From NCBI GenBank assembly GCA_965219685.1, contig CBDCOH010000002.1:1-64000 (forward strand): a DNA stretch of 64,000 nucleotides. The letters run 5' to 3'. Of this stretch, positions 42,662-52,293 are shown in pieces. Source of the stretch: Candidatus Spongiisociaceae bacterium (GTDB lineage: Bacteria > Actinomycetota > Acidimicrobiia > Spongiisociales > Spongiisociaceae). The position numbers were made by a program, and so were the translations under genes. The notes beneath the pieces are model-generated. The model did no database searches. It was not told the origin of the DNA and saw only the letters and a list, made by a program, of their open reading frames with translations. Every line of letters starts with the position of its first letter. Position 1 is the first letter of the stretch.

Positions 42662-43902
42662 GGTCGCTCGAGGGTCCGAGCCCTCAAAGGTCGAACCCGC
42701 GCCATGGGTCGTTCGTCGATCGGCGTGTGGATGATCGCCGCGGCGATGCCCAACGCGACGGCGGTCCACCAGACCGGATCGTAAGACCCCGTACGGTCGT
42801 AGATGTAGCCACCAAGCCAGACCCCTATGAAGCTGCCGATCTGGTGCGACAGGAACACCATCCCGAAGAGGGTGGCCAGGTAGCGGACTCCGAAGATCTG
42901 CTCGACGATCCCGGTTGTCAGCGGCACCGTGGAGAGCCAGAGCACGCCCATGGCGCTGGCGAACACGTAGATGGTGAGATCCGTCTTGGGGGCGAGCAGC
43001 ATTAGCGCGATAGTGAGCGCTCTTAGCGCGTAGATCGCAGTCAGGCCACGCTTCTTGGACCAGCGCTGGCCGAAAGCGCCGCTGCTGAACGAGCCGACGA
43101 TGTTGAAAGCGCCGATCAGCGACAGGGAGATGGCGCCCACCGAGGCGGCCAGTCCGAGGTCCTGCACGAACGCAGGGAAGTGGACCACGATGAACGAAAC
43201 ATGGAATCCGCAGACGAAGAAGCCGCTCGTGAGGAGCAGATAGCCTCGATGGCCACGGGCCTCGATGAGCGCTTCACCCAGCGTCTGGTCGGTGACGGGC
43301 TCACCGCTGGCGGCGGTAGCGTTGGGAAGTACGAAAGCCAGCGGGATGATCAACAGCGTCAGCGCGGCCAGGGTGAGTAGGGCCGGGTACCAACCGAAGG
43401 CGGAGATGAAGCCTTGGCCTATCGGCGAGAACAGCACCTGGCCGAGCGAACTGGCCGCGGTGCCCAGCCCCAGCGCCAGGGAACGTCGTTCCGGTTCCAC
43501 GGTCCGGGCCATTGCGGCCAGGACGAGGGAGAAGCTGGAGAAGGCTATGCCGGTCCCCACCACCACGCCGGCGGTCAACTGCAGCACCAGTCCGCTCTCC
43601 GACGACGCCATGCCCCACGTTCCGAGCGCATAGATGACCGTTCCCGCGGTCAGTACGTAACGCGGGCCGTACCGGTCTGCAATCGCGCCCGCCACCGGCA
43701 TCCCGATTCCCCACATCAGGTTCTGGATGGCCAGTGCCAATGCGAACGTCTCGCGGGTCCAACCCTGGTCGATCGTCATCGGCGCCAGGAACAGGCCGAA
43801 CACCGAGCGTATGCCGAATCCCACCGTGGCGATGACGCAGCCGGCGACTATGACTATCACCGGCGTTCGCCATGTTCGCGAGCGTGTCTTGGAGATGGTC
43901 AC
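42658..43902 (-). CDS. MFS transporter
   Basis: GAIADRYGPR motif A, FFVCGFH, HQIGSF.G, about 12 hydrophobic segments. Confidence 0.92.
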
Positions 43903-44323
43903 AGCAAGCCTCGATCTATCGAGTGGCCGGGGACTGTCCTCCTAGGATCCTGAAGGATTGGTTGTCTGGAGCGAGGTCCACCCGCAGCAGCGGTAACGCC
44001 CTCGGGTGCGGGACATGCGCTCGAAGCGCTCGAGGAGGCTCCCAGGCCGCCGAGTGATACTACTTGGCCGCGGCCGCGGGACTCGCTCCGCCGGTTAGTT
44101 TCCCCGCGGCCGTACCGAATGACGACGCTAGCGTGGTCTGCCCACAGGCAGACCACGGGTGTCCGTGGCTCAGTGGACGGAGCCGGTAGCGTGACCACGC
44201 CCTGGAGAGCTTCATACAACATCGGCCGGCGGAGAGCGCCGGCGGCTTGTTTCTTACGGCCTTCCTGCTGCCGGGTTGCCTGTCCTGGTCTACCAAGTCA
44301 AAATTGTTGATCGAGAAGAGGGA

Positions 44324-45136
44324 GTGATCCTGCCGGACACAGGACTGCAAGGCAAGACGGCGCTCGTAACGGGGGGCGCCTCCGGTATAGGACTCGGCAT
44401 CGCAAAGGCCCTGGCCGCAGAGTGCGTAGATCTGGCCATCGTGAGCCGCAACCCCGATCCCGGCGCGATCGGTCTTCTCGAGGGTCTGGGTGTGTCGGTT
44501 GCCGCGCTCCGGGCTGACCTGAGTGTGGAAGGTGACGTCTGTAGGGCCATAACCGAGGCCGAGAGGTTGCTCGGTCCCATCGACCTCCTAGTCGCCGGCG
44601 TCGCCATCACTCACAAGGAACCGGTTACCACGGTGACGACAGACGCCTGGGAGCGGACACTGGGAACGAACCTGACCGGGACGATGTGGATGTGCCGCGA
44701 GATGGCGCGCAGGATGATCAGGCGTGGAGCGGGCTCGATACTGGTGGTTGGCTCGACGGCCCAGTACCACCGTGCTCCCGGCGAGGCCGCCTACCACGCC
44801 AGCAAGGCGGGATTGGCCTCGTACGCCGAGACGCTGGCTGTCGAACTCGCTCCACACGGGATCAGGGTCAACATGCTGGTTCCCGGCAGCTTCGCCACCC
44901 GACTGAATCCGGTCGCGACCGGAGACGTTCACGAACGGCTATTGGCTGAGATCCCTCTCGGCCGGCAGGGGACTCCGTCCGAGTGCGGTCCGGCCGCGGT
45001 CTTCCTCCTGTCGGACCGGCTTGCCTCCTACGTGACCGGTGCCCAACTCGTGGTCAGCGGTGGGCTCCATCTCCGGCCGCACGTGAGGGTCGACTGGAAC
45101 GAGATCGAGCGTATGAACCTCCCCTCAGCTGAATGA
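44324..45136 (+). CDS. Short-chain dehydrogenase/reductase
   Basis: GKTALVTGGASGIG, YHASK, IRVN...PG. Confidence 0.9.
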   Translation: MILPDTGLQGKTALVTGGASGIGLGIAKALAAECVDLAIVSRNPDPGAIGLLEGLGVSVAALRADLSVEGDVCRAITEAERLLGPIDLLVAGVAITHKEPVTTVTTDAWERTLGTNLTGTMWMCREMARRMIRRGAGSILVVGSTAQYHRAPGEAAYHASKAGLASYAETLAVELAPHGIRVNMLVPGSFATRLNPVATGDVHERLLAEIPLGRQGTPSECGPAAVFLLSDRLASYVTGAQLVVSGGLHLRPHVRVDWNEIERMNLPSAE

Positions 45137-45159
45137 AGGTTCGAAAGGAGAGATGATCG

Positions 45160-46293
45160 ATGGGAACAGGTCGACGGAGGCTGGGCATCGCACTGATCGG
45201 AGCGGGCTTCATGGGCGACACTCACACCTACGCGTATCGCAGGGTTGCCGCGCTCCGGGCGGGCCCACCCCTGGTCCCCGATCTCTGTGTCGTGGCCGAC
45301 ATAGACGCCTCCGCCGCCGAAGAGTTCGCACGTCGATGGAGTATCCCCGCGTGGACCACGGACTGGGAGTCGGTGCTCGAGGATGGCGCGGTTGAACTGA
45401 TAGATATCTGCACGCCGCCGGACTTCCACAGCACCATAGGTGCGGCTGCTGCAGCGGCGGGTCTCCATGTCTACTGCGAGAAACCAGTGGGTCGCGACGT
45501 GTCCGAAACCCGGATGCTTGCCGAGGCGGTTCGCCGGGCAGGCGTCTTCGGGTACGTCGGGTTCAATTATCGATGGGCGCCGGCGGTCAGGCTCGCCAGG
45601 CAACTCGTCGTCGAGGGCAGGCTCGGAGATCTGGCGGAGTTGCATGTCAGGTACCAATCCTCACGGTTCTCCGATCCGGAGATCCCTTGGTATTGGAAGT
45701 TCGACCTGTCCGTCGGAGGAGGCGGGGCCCTGTCGGACCAGGGCTCGCATGCCTTCGACATGGCGCGGTTCCTCGCCGGTGAGATCTCCAGCGTGTGCGG
45801 GTTCACCGAGACTGTGATCAAGGAGCGTCCCGACCCCGAGAAGCCGGGGCACACCAAGGGTGTGGAGAACGAGGACGTATGGGCGGCACACGTCCGGTTT
45901 GCAAGCGGGGCCTTCGGAACCCTTCATGGGAGCCGGATCGCGGCCGGAACCCAGACCGAGTTCGGCTTCGACCTGTACGGATCCCTTGGAGCGGCACGAT
46001 GGACGATCCGCCATCTCAACGAACTGGAGGTGTACGAGCGCGACAGGGATGGGCTCGACGGCTTCCGGAGTATCCGCATTGGACCCGAGCACCCGTTCCA
46101 CGGAGACTACGTTCCACGTCGAGGGCACTCGATCAGTTTCAACGACCTGAAGGCGATCGAGATCAACGGGCTCATGGAGGCGCTGGCCACCGGTCGAGAG
46201 CCCAGACCCAACATCGACGACGCGCTTGCCGTGGCCCGCGTCGTGGACGCCATACCGCAGCGGACCTGGATCAACCTCAAGGACTGGAAGTGA
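45160..46293 (+). CDS. Gfo/Idh/MocA family oxidoreductase
   Basis: IGAGFMG, CTP..H, CEKP, GFNYR, GGGALSDQGSH. Confidence 0.92.
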   Translation: MGTGRRRLGIALIGAGFMGDTHTYAYRRVAALRAGPPLVPDLCVVADIDASAAEEFARRWSIPAWTTDWESVLEDGAVELIDICTPPDFHSTIGAAAAAAGLHVYCEKPVGRDVSETRMLAEAVRRAGVFGYVGFNYRWAPAVRLARQLVVEGRLGDLAELHVRYQSSRFSDPEIPWYWKFDLSVGGGGALSDQGSHAFDMARFLAGEISSVCGFTETVIKERPDPEKPGHTKGVENEDVWAAHVRFASGAFGTLHGSRIAAGTQTEFGFDLYGSLGAARWTIRHLNELEVYERDRDGLDGFRSIRIGPEHPFHGDYVPRRGHSISFNDLKAIEINGLMEALATGREPRPNIDDALAVARVVDAIPQRTWINLKDWK

Positions 46294-46300
46294 GGTACCG

Positions 46301-46978
46301 GTGACGCCTCGAGTCGACTTCGGCCCTCGTTTCGCCACGATCGACGAGGTGATCGTGTCCCGTTTCCAGGAGGCCGGAGTGGCGACCGTGGTCGAGGCCC
46401 TGGGAGTTCCCCGAGGTTTCCAACAGACCATGGCCGAAGGGATGGTCCGCCGCACGACGGGGAGGTGCATTGCCGGCCAAGCGATCACGGCAGCCAACGG
46501 GCTGGCCGACAACCTGATGATGCATGTGGCGCTCGAGGTCGCGGAACCCGGCCAAGTCCTGGTCCTGGCCGGCTCCGGGCCATTCGGTGCGGTCTGGGGC
46601 GAGATGGTGACGGTAGGCGCGATGAGCAAGGGGCTCGCCGGAGCGGTCATCGACGGATCGACACGCGATGTCGACGCCGTCGAGCGGTTGGGATTCGCCC
46701 TATGGACAACTGCGGTTCGACCCTTCGGAGCCTCGAAACAGGCCTCGGGGTCGGTCAATCGGCCCGTGACGTGTGCGGGCGTGCAGGTCTCGCCGGGGGA
46801 CTTGATCGTGGCGGACGGGGATGGTGTGGTGGTGGTGCCTCACCAACTGGTCAACGAGGCTCTCGAAGCGACCGAACGGCGCCTGCGACGCGAAGTCCGG
46901 ATCCGGGAGGCCGCTCTCGACGGCATCATGCCGGGAACCTTCACAGGCCACATAGATGGATTGGTCAGTGGTCAGTAG
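46301..46978 (+). CDS. RraA/HMG-aldolase (4-hydroxy-4-methyl-2-oxoglutarate aldolase-like) protein
   Basis: DNLMMH, WGE, GAVIDGSTRD, PGDLIVADGDGVVVVP. Confidence 0.88.
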   Translation: MTPRVDFGPRFATIDEVIVSRFQEAGVATVVEALGVPRGFQQTMAEGMVRRTTGRCIAGQAITAANGLADNLMMHVALEVAEPGQVLVLAGSGPFGAVWGEMVTVGAMSKGLAGAVIDGSTRDVDAVERLGFALWTTAVRPFGASKQASGSVNRPVTCAGVQVSPGDLIVADGDGVVVVPHQLVNEALEATERRLRREVRIREAALDGIMPGTFTGHIDGLVSGQ

Positions 46979-47018
46979 TCGTTACAACGGTCAACGGATA
47001 GACGGTCCACGGTCAACG

Positions 47019-47167
47019 CATTCACCATTCACCATTCACCATTCACCATTCACCATTCACCATTCACCATCCCCCATTCACCACTCACCACTCACCACTC
47101 ACCACTCACCACTCACCACTCACCACTCACCACTCACCACTCACCACTCACCACTCACCACTCACCA
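47019..47167. repeat. (TCACCAT)n then (TCACCAC)n heptamer array, about 21 units
   Basis: Read directly; preceded by (TCAACGG)-like heptamers at about 46984-47017; contains the IclR stop. Confidence 0.95.
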
Positions 47168-47922
47168 GGATGGTAGAGGGTGTCGATGGCCCGGCATCCG
47201 AGGGATCCCGAAATCTCCTTCGCCCCCTCGAGAACCAGCTTGGCCAGCGGCTCGAGTTCGTCGTCGGGTACGCGGTCGCTGGGACCTGCTACGGCAAGCG
47301 CTCCGATGAGTTGGTGATGGAAGTCGAACACCGGGGCTGCCACGCCGACCACGCTCTTGACGTAGACCTCCCGGTCCACCGCGTAGCCCTTCCTGCGGGC
47401 CTCTGCGATCCGGCATCTGAGATCATCGTCGAGTTGCTGTTCTTCCTCCGGCTGACCGAAGGCCAGGGCAACCCAGCCCATGGCGGTCTCCTTGCGAGGC
47501 CAAACGTCCCCGAGCCGGGTCAGAACCGAGAGCCGCTTGTGGGACAGCTCACGTGCCACACAGACCGGACGGTCCTCGGAGATAGCCGCGAGGTGCACGG
47601 TCTCCTCCGATTCGTCGCGTAGCCGCAGCATGACCGGCCGGCTTGCTCGCAACAGGTCTGTTCGGTCGAGCATGCGGGCCGCCAGGCGCAGCACCTTCGA
47701 CGTGACGACGTAGCGCGGTGGGCGGGAGGTTGTCTTGGAGATGTACTGAGCGGCCCGGAGGCCATTCGCCAAGCGATGGGCCTGGGCTGCATCCATCTCG
47801 AGGTGCTGTGCAACCTCGCTGATGCCGAGCCCCTCCGGATAATCGACGAGCAACTCCAAGACTCGGACCGCGTTCACGCCGGTCGGTTGACGCGCTCCGT
47901 TCTGTTTCACGCGTTTTGACAT
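47155..47922 (-). CDS. IclR family transcriptional regulator
   Basis: HTH (LGISEVAQHL..AHRL), ETVHLA, TAMG, GVAAPVF, ALAVAGP. Confidence 0.9.
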   Translation of the reverse strand: MSKRVKQNGARQPTGVNAVRVLELLVDYPEGLGISEVAQHLEMDAAQAHRLANGLRAAQYISKTTSRPPRYVVTSKVLRLAARMLDRTDLLRASRPVMLRLRDESEETVHLAAISEDRPVCVARELSHKRLSVLTRLGDVWPRKETAMGWVALAFGQPEEEQQLDDDLRCRIAEARRKGYAVDREVYVKSVVGVAAPVFDFHHQLIGALAVAGPSDRVPDDELEPLAKLVLEGAKEISGSLGCRAIDTLYHPGEW

Positions 47923-48126
47923 CGGGCCTATCTGTGGGGGAAACCACATTGTAGGAGGGTCCCTCGAAAACTATCTAACGGGGTTGGCTACTTCGAGACC
48001 CTTCCCTGGCCGCGGTACGTAGAGGGTTGCCACGAGAACCTCGCCGGCGAGAGTGCATTCCACGGCGAGAGAACTGCTCGATCCGAGAGGTCAACCGGAG
48101 TGTTCGGCAGGAACCGGGATTAATTA

Positions 48127-48149
48127 GTCAAATCATTTGACCAGTCAAA
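48127..48149. promoter_or_regulatory. Overlapping palindromes upstream of the ABC operon (operator candidate)
   Basis: GTCAAA-TCA-TTTGAC and TTTGAC-CA-GTCAAA in an AT-rich patch. Confidence 0.5.
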
Positions 48150-48194
48150 AAAACCACCGATACACTCCCCTGAGAGCCTGAAGGAGGATCTGCC

Positions 48195-49529
48195 ATGACC
48201 AAGAGGAGGACCAGACGTCGCATACTGACGGGCATCGGGTTGCTGCTCGTGTTCAGCCTCGTGGCGGCAGCCTGCGGGGACGAAGAACCCGCCGATACGA
48301 CTCAGGCGCCGGCGACGACTCAGGCACCCGCGACGACTCAGGCGCCCGCGACGACCCAGGCGCCCGCTACAACCCAGGCGCCGCCGGCCACCGAGGCGCC
48401 GCTCACGCCGCTGACGCTCCGTCTCGGGCGTTTCCCGGCTGGAGCGGGAGCCGCCTTCCTCACCCAGTTCATGATCAACGAGGACATGGTCGAGGAAGCG
48501 GGTCTCGAGTTCGGCTACGACCTCGATGTGGAATGGCTCAACATGGCCAACGCGGTTGCAACCGCCCAGTCTCTGCTGTCCGGTGACCTGGACATCGGTC
48601 CGATGGGATCGGCGGCCTACATCGCCCTCGTCGTCGAGGAGCAGCCTGTCACCCCGATAGCAGTGGCCGAAGGCCACTTCAAGTTCCTCATCGCGGTGCG
48701 CGGAGACTCCGATATCCGCAACCCGCAGGACCTGGTCGGCAGGAAGGTGGGAACAATCTTCGGTACCGGTCTGGTGGACGCGCTGGCCGCCATGCTCGAA
48801 CCGATCTTCGGTACAGCCGATGCCGAGGAGATAGGTATCGAGTTGGTGAACGTCAGCGGGATCGCCCCGCTCGCAACCGTCGCCGAGGGGATGGACGCGT
48901 CGATCGTGACCGTGCCTTCGTGGTTGTCGGCTAGGGAGGATCTGGGCGTCACAGCCATCTACAACTCGTACGGCTACACGGAGGACCACTACGAGGGACC
49001 GCTGGGCTCGGGCGCAGGCATCCTGATCCCGGAGGCGGAGAACTCTCCCTTCTGGCCGGACGGATTCGTCAGCCACCGTGCCATCACGGTCGCCAGGGAC
49101 GGGATCATCGAGGAACATCCGGGAGCGGTGGCCGCCTACCTGCTGGCCACCCAGCGCGCCATCGAGGACCTCCAGATGCGGACTCCGGCCAACGTGGCTT
49201 CCCTCTCATCGGCCGACTGGCGCCTCCTGCCGCATGTCGCGGCTCCGATCGTGTCGGAGGAGTTGCTGCTGCTCAGGGGCTGGGCCTGGCTCACGGAGGG
49301 CGAGGCCGAGGTGATGCTGCTCCAAGGTGACATTCTGCTCGCGGCGGGATCCCTCTCCGCGCCGGTCACCTGGGATGCCATGATGGCCAGCATGGCGAAG
49401 GGTGGTGGTGTGGCCAAGATGGCCTACGACGCCGCTGGTGGAGTCCCCGGCGCGGATGTGTTCGCCGATGTCACGGTTGACCGGCGGGGACCTCCGGCAT
49501 GGGAGACGGGTAGTTGGACCGCCCCATAG
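48195..49529 (+). CDS. NitT/TauT-type ABC transporter substrate-binding lipoprotein
   Basis: Lipobox AAAC, (ATTQAP)x5 linker, SGDLDIG, DLVGRKVG; AAGGAGG RBS. Confidence 0.85.
   Translation: MTKRRTRRRILTGIGLLLVFSLVAAACGDEEPADTTQAPATTQAPATTQAPATTQAPATTQAPPATEAPLTPLTLRLGRFPAGAGAAFLTQFMINEDMVEEAGLEFGYDLDVEWLNMANAVATAQSLLSGDLDIGPMGSAAYIALVVEEQPVTPIAVAEGHFKFLIAVRGDSDIRNPQDLVGRKVGTIFGTGLVDALAAMLEPIFGTADAEEIGIELVNVSGIAPLATVAEGMDASIVTVPSWLSAREDLGVTAIYNSYGYTEDHYEGPLGSGAGILIPEAENSPFWPDGFVSHRAITVARDGIIEEHPGAVAAYLLATQRAIEDLQMRTPANVASLSSADWRLLPHVAAPIVSEELLLLRGWAWLTEGEAEVMLLQGDILLAAGSLSAPVTWDAMMASMAKGGGVAKMAYDAAGGVPGADVFADVTVDRRGPPAWETGSWTAP
48297..48383 (+). repeat. 18-bp coding tandem repeat, about 5 units (TTQAPA)
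   Basis: ACGACTCAGGCGCCGGCG-like units. Confidence 0.85.
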
Positions 49530-49570
49530 TCATAGTCTGGCGGTCTTGGCGATAGACGGCCTTGACTGAT

Positions 49571-49604
49571 CCGGCGGGGGATGCGCTTCATCATCCCCCG
49601 CCGG
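49571..49604. terminator. 13-bp perfect inverted repeat downstream of the SBP gene
   Basis: CCGGCGGGGGATG-N8-CATCCCCCGCCGG. Confidence 0.6.
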
Positions 49605-49629
49605 GAACGTCCATGATGTAGGCCCTCGG

Positions 49630-50484
49630 GTGGCAGATCGACACGATATCTTCGCTACCGGTGACAGCGCTTCGGCGGTGCAGCCAGGCAAGGCGACCAT
49701 TCCTGCCCGCTTGCGCAGGCGGGACCGGTTCCTGTCGGGCAACATTCGAGCGACCCTCCGTTACTTCCGGTCCATCGCCGCGGTGTTGCTGGTCTGGTAC
49801 CTGCTGGCCCGCTGGATCGGCAACCATGTCCTGCTCCCGGCGCCGGACCGGGTGGCGCGCAGCATGTACCGGCTCTGGACGGGCGGTGACTTCATCGAGG
49901 ATTACCTGCTCAGCGCCCAGCGTCTCCTGACTGCCTACGGAGCGGCGGCTCTCGCCGCCATCGTGCTGGGAGTCACGATGGGACTCAACCGGATCGCCAA
50001 CGAGTTCTTCGACCCGGTCGTCGAGTTGCTACGGCCGATATCGGCTCTCGCTTGGATCCCTCTTTGGTTGGCTGTGATCGGCATATCATCGACACTTCCC
50101 TACTTCGTGATCTTCTACGTCGCGCTGTTTCCCTTCCTCCTCAACACCATCGGAGGGGTACGGGGCTCCGACCCGCTGCTGATCCGCGCAGCCAGCACCA
50201 TGGGTGTACGCGGGTCGGTGATCGTCCGCCGGGTTGTATTGCCGGATGCGCTGCCGTCCGTCCTGACCGGGGCACGCCTTGCGATGGGCGGGGCCTGGAT
50301 GGCCCTGATAGCTTCGGAATTGATCGGCGCTCCCAACGGGCTGGGTTTCTCGATTCTCTTCTTCGGTGCGACCCTCAGAACCTCTGACATGATCGCGGTG
50401 ATTGCGGTCGTGGCCTTCTCCGGCTACCTGACCGACCTGGCGCTGCGGCTCCTGCAGCGGCGGCTCACTCCATGGAAGGCCTGA
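49630..50484 (+). CDS. NitT/TauT ABC transporter permease
   Basis: LLPAP, LRPISALAWIPL, LP.ALPSVLTG.R, SELIG. Confidence 0.92.
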   Translation: MADRHDIFATGDSASAVQPGKATIPARLRRRDRFLSGNIRATLRYFRSIAAVLLVWYLLARWIGNHVLLPAPDRVARSMYRLWTGGDFIEDYLLSAQRLLTAYGAAALAAIVLGVTMGLNRIANEFFDPVVELLRPISALAWIPLWLAVIGISSTLPYFVIFYVALFPFLLNTIGGVRGSDPLLIRAASTMGVRGSVIVRRVVLPDALPSVLTGARLAMGGAWMALIASELIGAPNGLGFSILFFGATLRTSDMIAVIAVVAFSGYLTDLALRLLQRRLTPWKA

Positions 50485-50485
50485 A

Positions 50486-51298
50486 GTGACCATGCAGGGC
50501 GACCGCCTCCTAACAGCCGCACGCGCGGTCGCGCTCCCCATCCTCGCGGTGGTGGTCTGGCAACTGTGGGCTTCCAACCTCCCCGCAGACAGCAATGTCC
50601 CGGTGCCGTCGGTCGTTCTCAAAGGCGCGGTCGACTTGGTAAGGAGCGGCGATCTTGCGCTGGCGATCTGGATCAGCATCCGCCGGGTTCTTGCAGGTTT
50701 TCTCGTCGCCCTTGCGATCGGGGTTCCGCTCGGTCTCTCGATGGGTATGTCGCCGTGGTTCGAGCGCAACATGGATCCGGTGGTCCAGACGTTCCGGATG
50801 ATCGCACCAGTGGCGCTGGTGCCGCTGGCGATCGTCTGGTTCGGCCCCCGCGGTGCGGCGGCGGTGTTCATAGTCGCTTACGGGGCCCTCTTCCCCATCG
50901 TTCTCAATACGATTGCGGGGGTGAAGGAGGTTGATCGCCTGCTGGTGAAAGCGGCGCGAACCATGGGCCTCAAGGGACGGCAGCTCCTCAGAACGGTCCT
51001 GCTTCCAGGTGCGCTGCCCAGCGTGTACGTCGGGATCAGGATCGCCATGGGTCTGGCATGGGGGGCGATTGTTGCCGCCGAGTTGACGGTGGGCTTCAAG
51101 GCCCTCCCGACAGCCGAAGGGGGAGCGCGCTTCGGCGCCGGAGGCGGGATCGGCTTCATGATGTTCTACCTGTACGACAACAGCGTGAGTCCCGACTTGA
51201 TAGTCGTGGCGATCGTTTCGGTGGGGGTGGTGGCGTACCTGACAGACCGCATACTCAGATACATCGGACGGAGGACGATGCCGTGGGCCCGCCTGTGA
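50486..51298 (+). CDS. NitT/TauT ABC transporter permease
   Basis: PVALVPLAIVWFG, FPIVLNT, LPGALPSV..GIR, AAEL. Confidence 0.92.
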   Translation: MTMQGDRLLTAARAVALPILAVVVWQLWASNLPADSNVPVPSVVLKGAVDLVRSGDLALAIWISIRRVLAGFLVALAIGVPLGLSMGMSPWFERNMDPVVQTFRMIAPVALVPLAIVWFGPRGAAAVFIVAYGALFPIVLNTIAGVKEVDRLLVKAARTMGLKGRQLLRTVLLPGALPSVYVGIRIAMGLAWGAIVAAELTVGFKALPTAEGGARFGAGGGIGFMMFYLYDNSVSPDLIVVAIVSVGVVAYLTDRILRYIGRRTMPWARL

Positions 51299-52110
51299 AT
51301 GCCATAGATCCCGTCCTCGTGCTCTCCGACGTGTCGAAGAGCTTCTGGGTCGAACGGTCCCGCCAGTCCGTCGAAGCTGTCGAGGAATTCACCGTCGATG
51401 TGCGCCGCGGCGAGTTCTTCACGCTGGTGGGACCCTCGGGATGTGGCAAGAGCACCGTGCTCGGCATGATCGCCGGATTCGAGGCGCCGTCGTCCGGGAC
51501 CATCGCGATGAACGGGGAAGTGATCGACACGACCAGCGCCGAGCGGGGAATGCTCTTCCAGGAGTACGCCCTGTTCCCCTGGAAGACAGTGCGCGGCAAC
51601 ATCGAGTTCGGGCTGAAGCACGGTCCGAGCCGCGAGAAGGCGGCGGAACGGGCCCGGATCGTTCAGCACCATATCGATCTGGTCGGGCTCACGGGTTCCG
51701 AGGGCAAGTACCCGCACGAGTTGTCCGGCGGGATGCGCCAACGATGCGCGCTGGCCCGGCTGCTCGCCTGCGATCCCGAGGTGCTGCTCATGGACGAGCC
51801 GCTCGCGGCTCTCGACGCCCAGACCCGGCGCATCCTCCAAGAGGAGCTGCTCCGAATCTGGGGCCAGGAACGGAGCCCCAGTGACCGAAAGACGATCATC
51901 TACGTAACGCACGCGATCGACGAGGCGGTGTTCCTGTCAGACCGGGTGGGCGTCATGAGCAGGTCTCCCGGTCGCCTGAAGGAGATCGTGGAGATCGACC
52001 TGCCGAGACCTCGCAACGAAGAAACCCGAGCGATGCCCGGCGCCGCCGAACTCGAGAACGCCATCTGGAGCTTGATTCGCGAAGACGCCTACCGGGCCAC
52101 CCTTGAGTAG
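51295..52110 (+). CDS. NitT/TauT ABC transporter ATP-binding protein
   Basis: GPSGCGKST, LSGGMRQR, MDEPLAALDAQTR, VTHAIDEA. Confidence 0.95.
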   Translation: MNAIDPVLVLSDVSKSFWVERSRQSVEAVEEFTVDVRRGEFFTLVGPSGCGKSTVLGMIAGFEAPSSGTIAMNGEVIDTTSAERGMLFQEYALFPWKTVRGNIEFGLKHGPSREKAAERARIVQHHIDLVGLTGSEGKYPHELSGGMRQRCALARLLACDPEVLLMDEPLAALDAQTRRILQEELLRIWGQERSPSDRKTIIYVTHAIDEAVFLSDRVGVMSRSPGRLKEIVEIDLPRPRNEETRAMPGAAELENAIWSLIREDAYRATLE

Positions 52111-52293
52111 CGCCCGATCAGTTTCAAACAAATACCTGTGCCACACCATTCGGGCAGCGTGGAGCGGGTCCATGCCGAGTATTTAGCGGAGGTGTGACGC
52201 GTTCAATCAGTCGTTTGGTTGTCGCGAGAGGAGGGACGGGCGGTCGGCGCTCTGCGAGCACAGGACACGCGAGTGTCTACAGTTCCAATGTGG

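Noticed and set aside
52111-52293. tRNA or att site at the defence island boundary
   Set aside because: No cloverleaf or T-loop consensus, no direct repeat found and no integrase or transposase in the window
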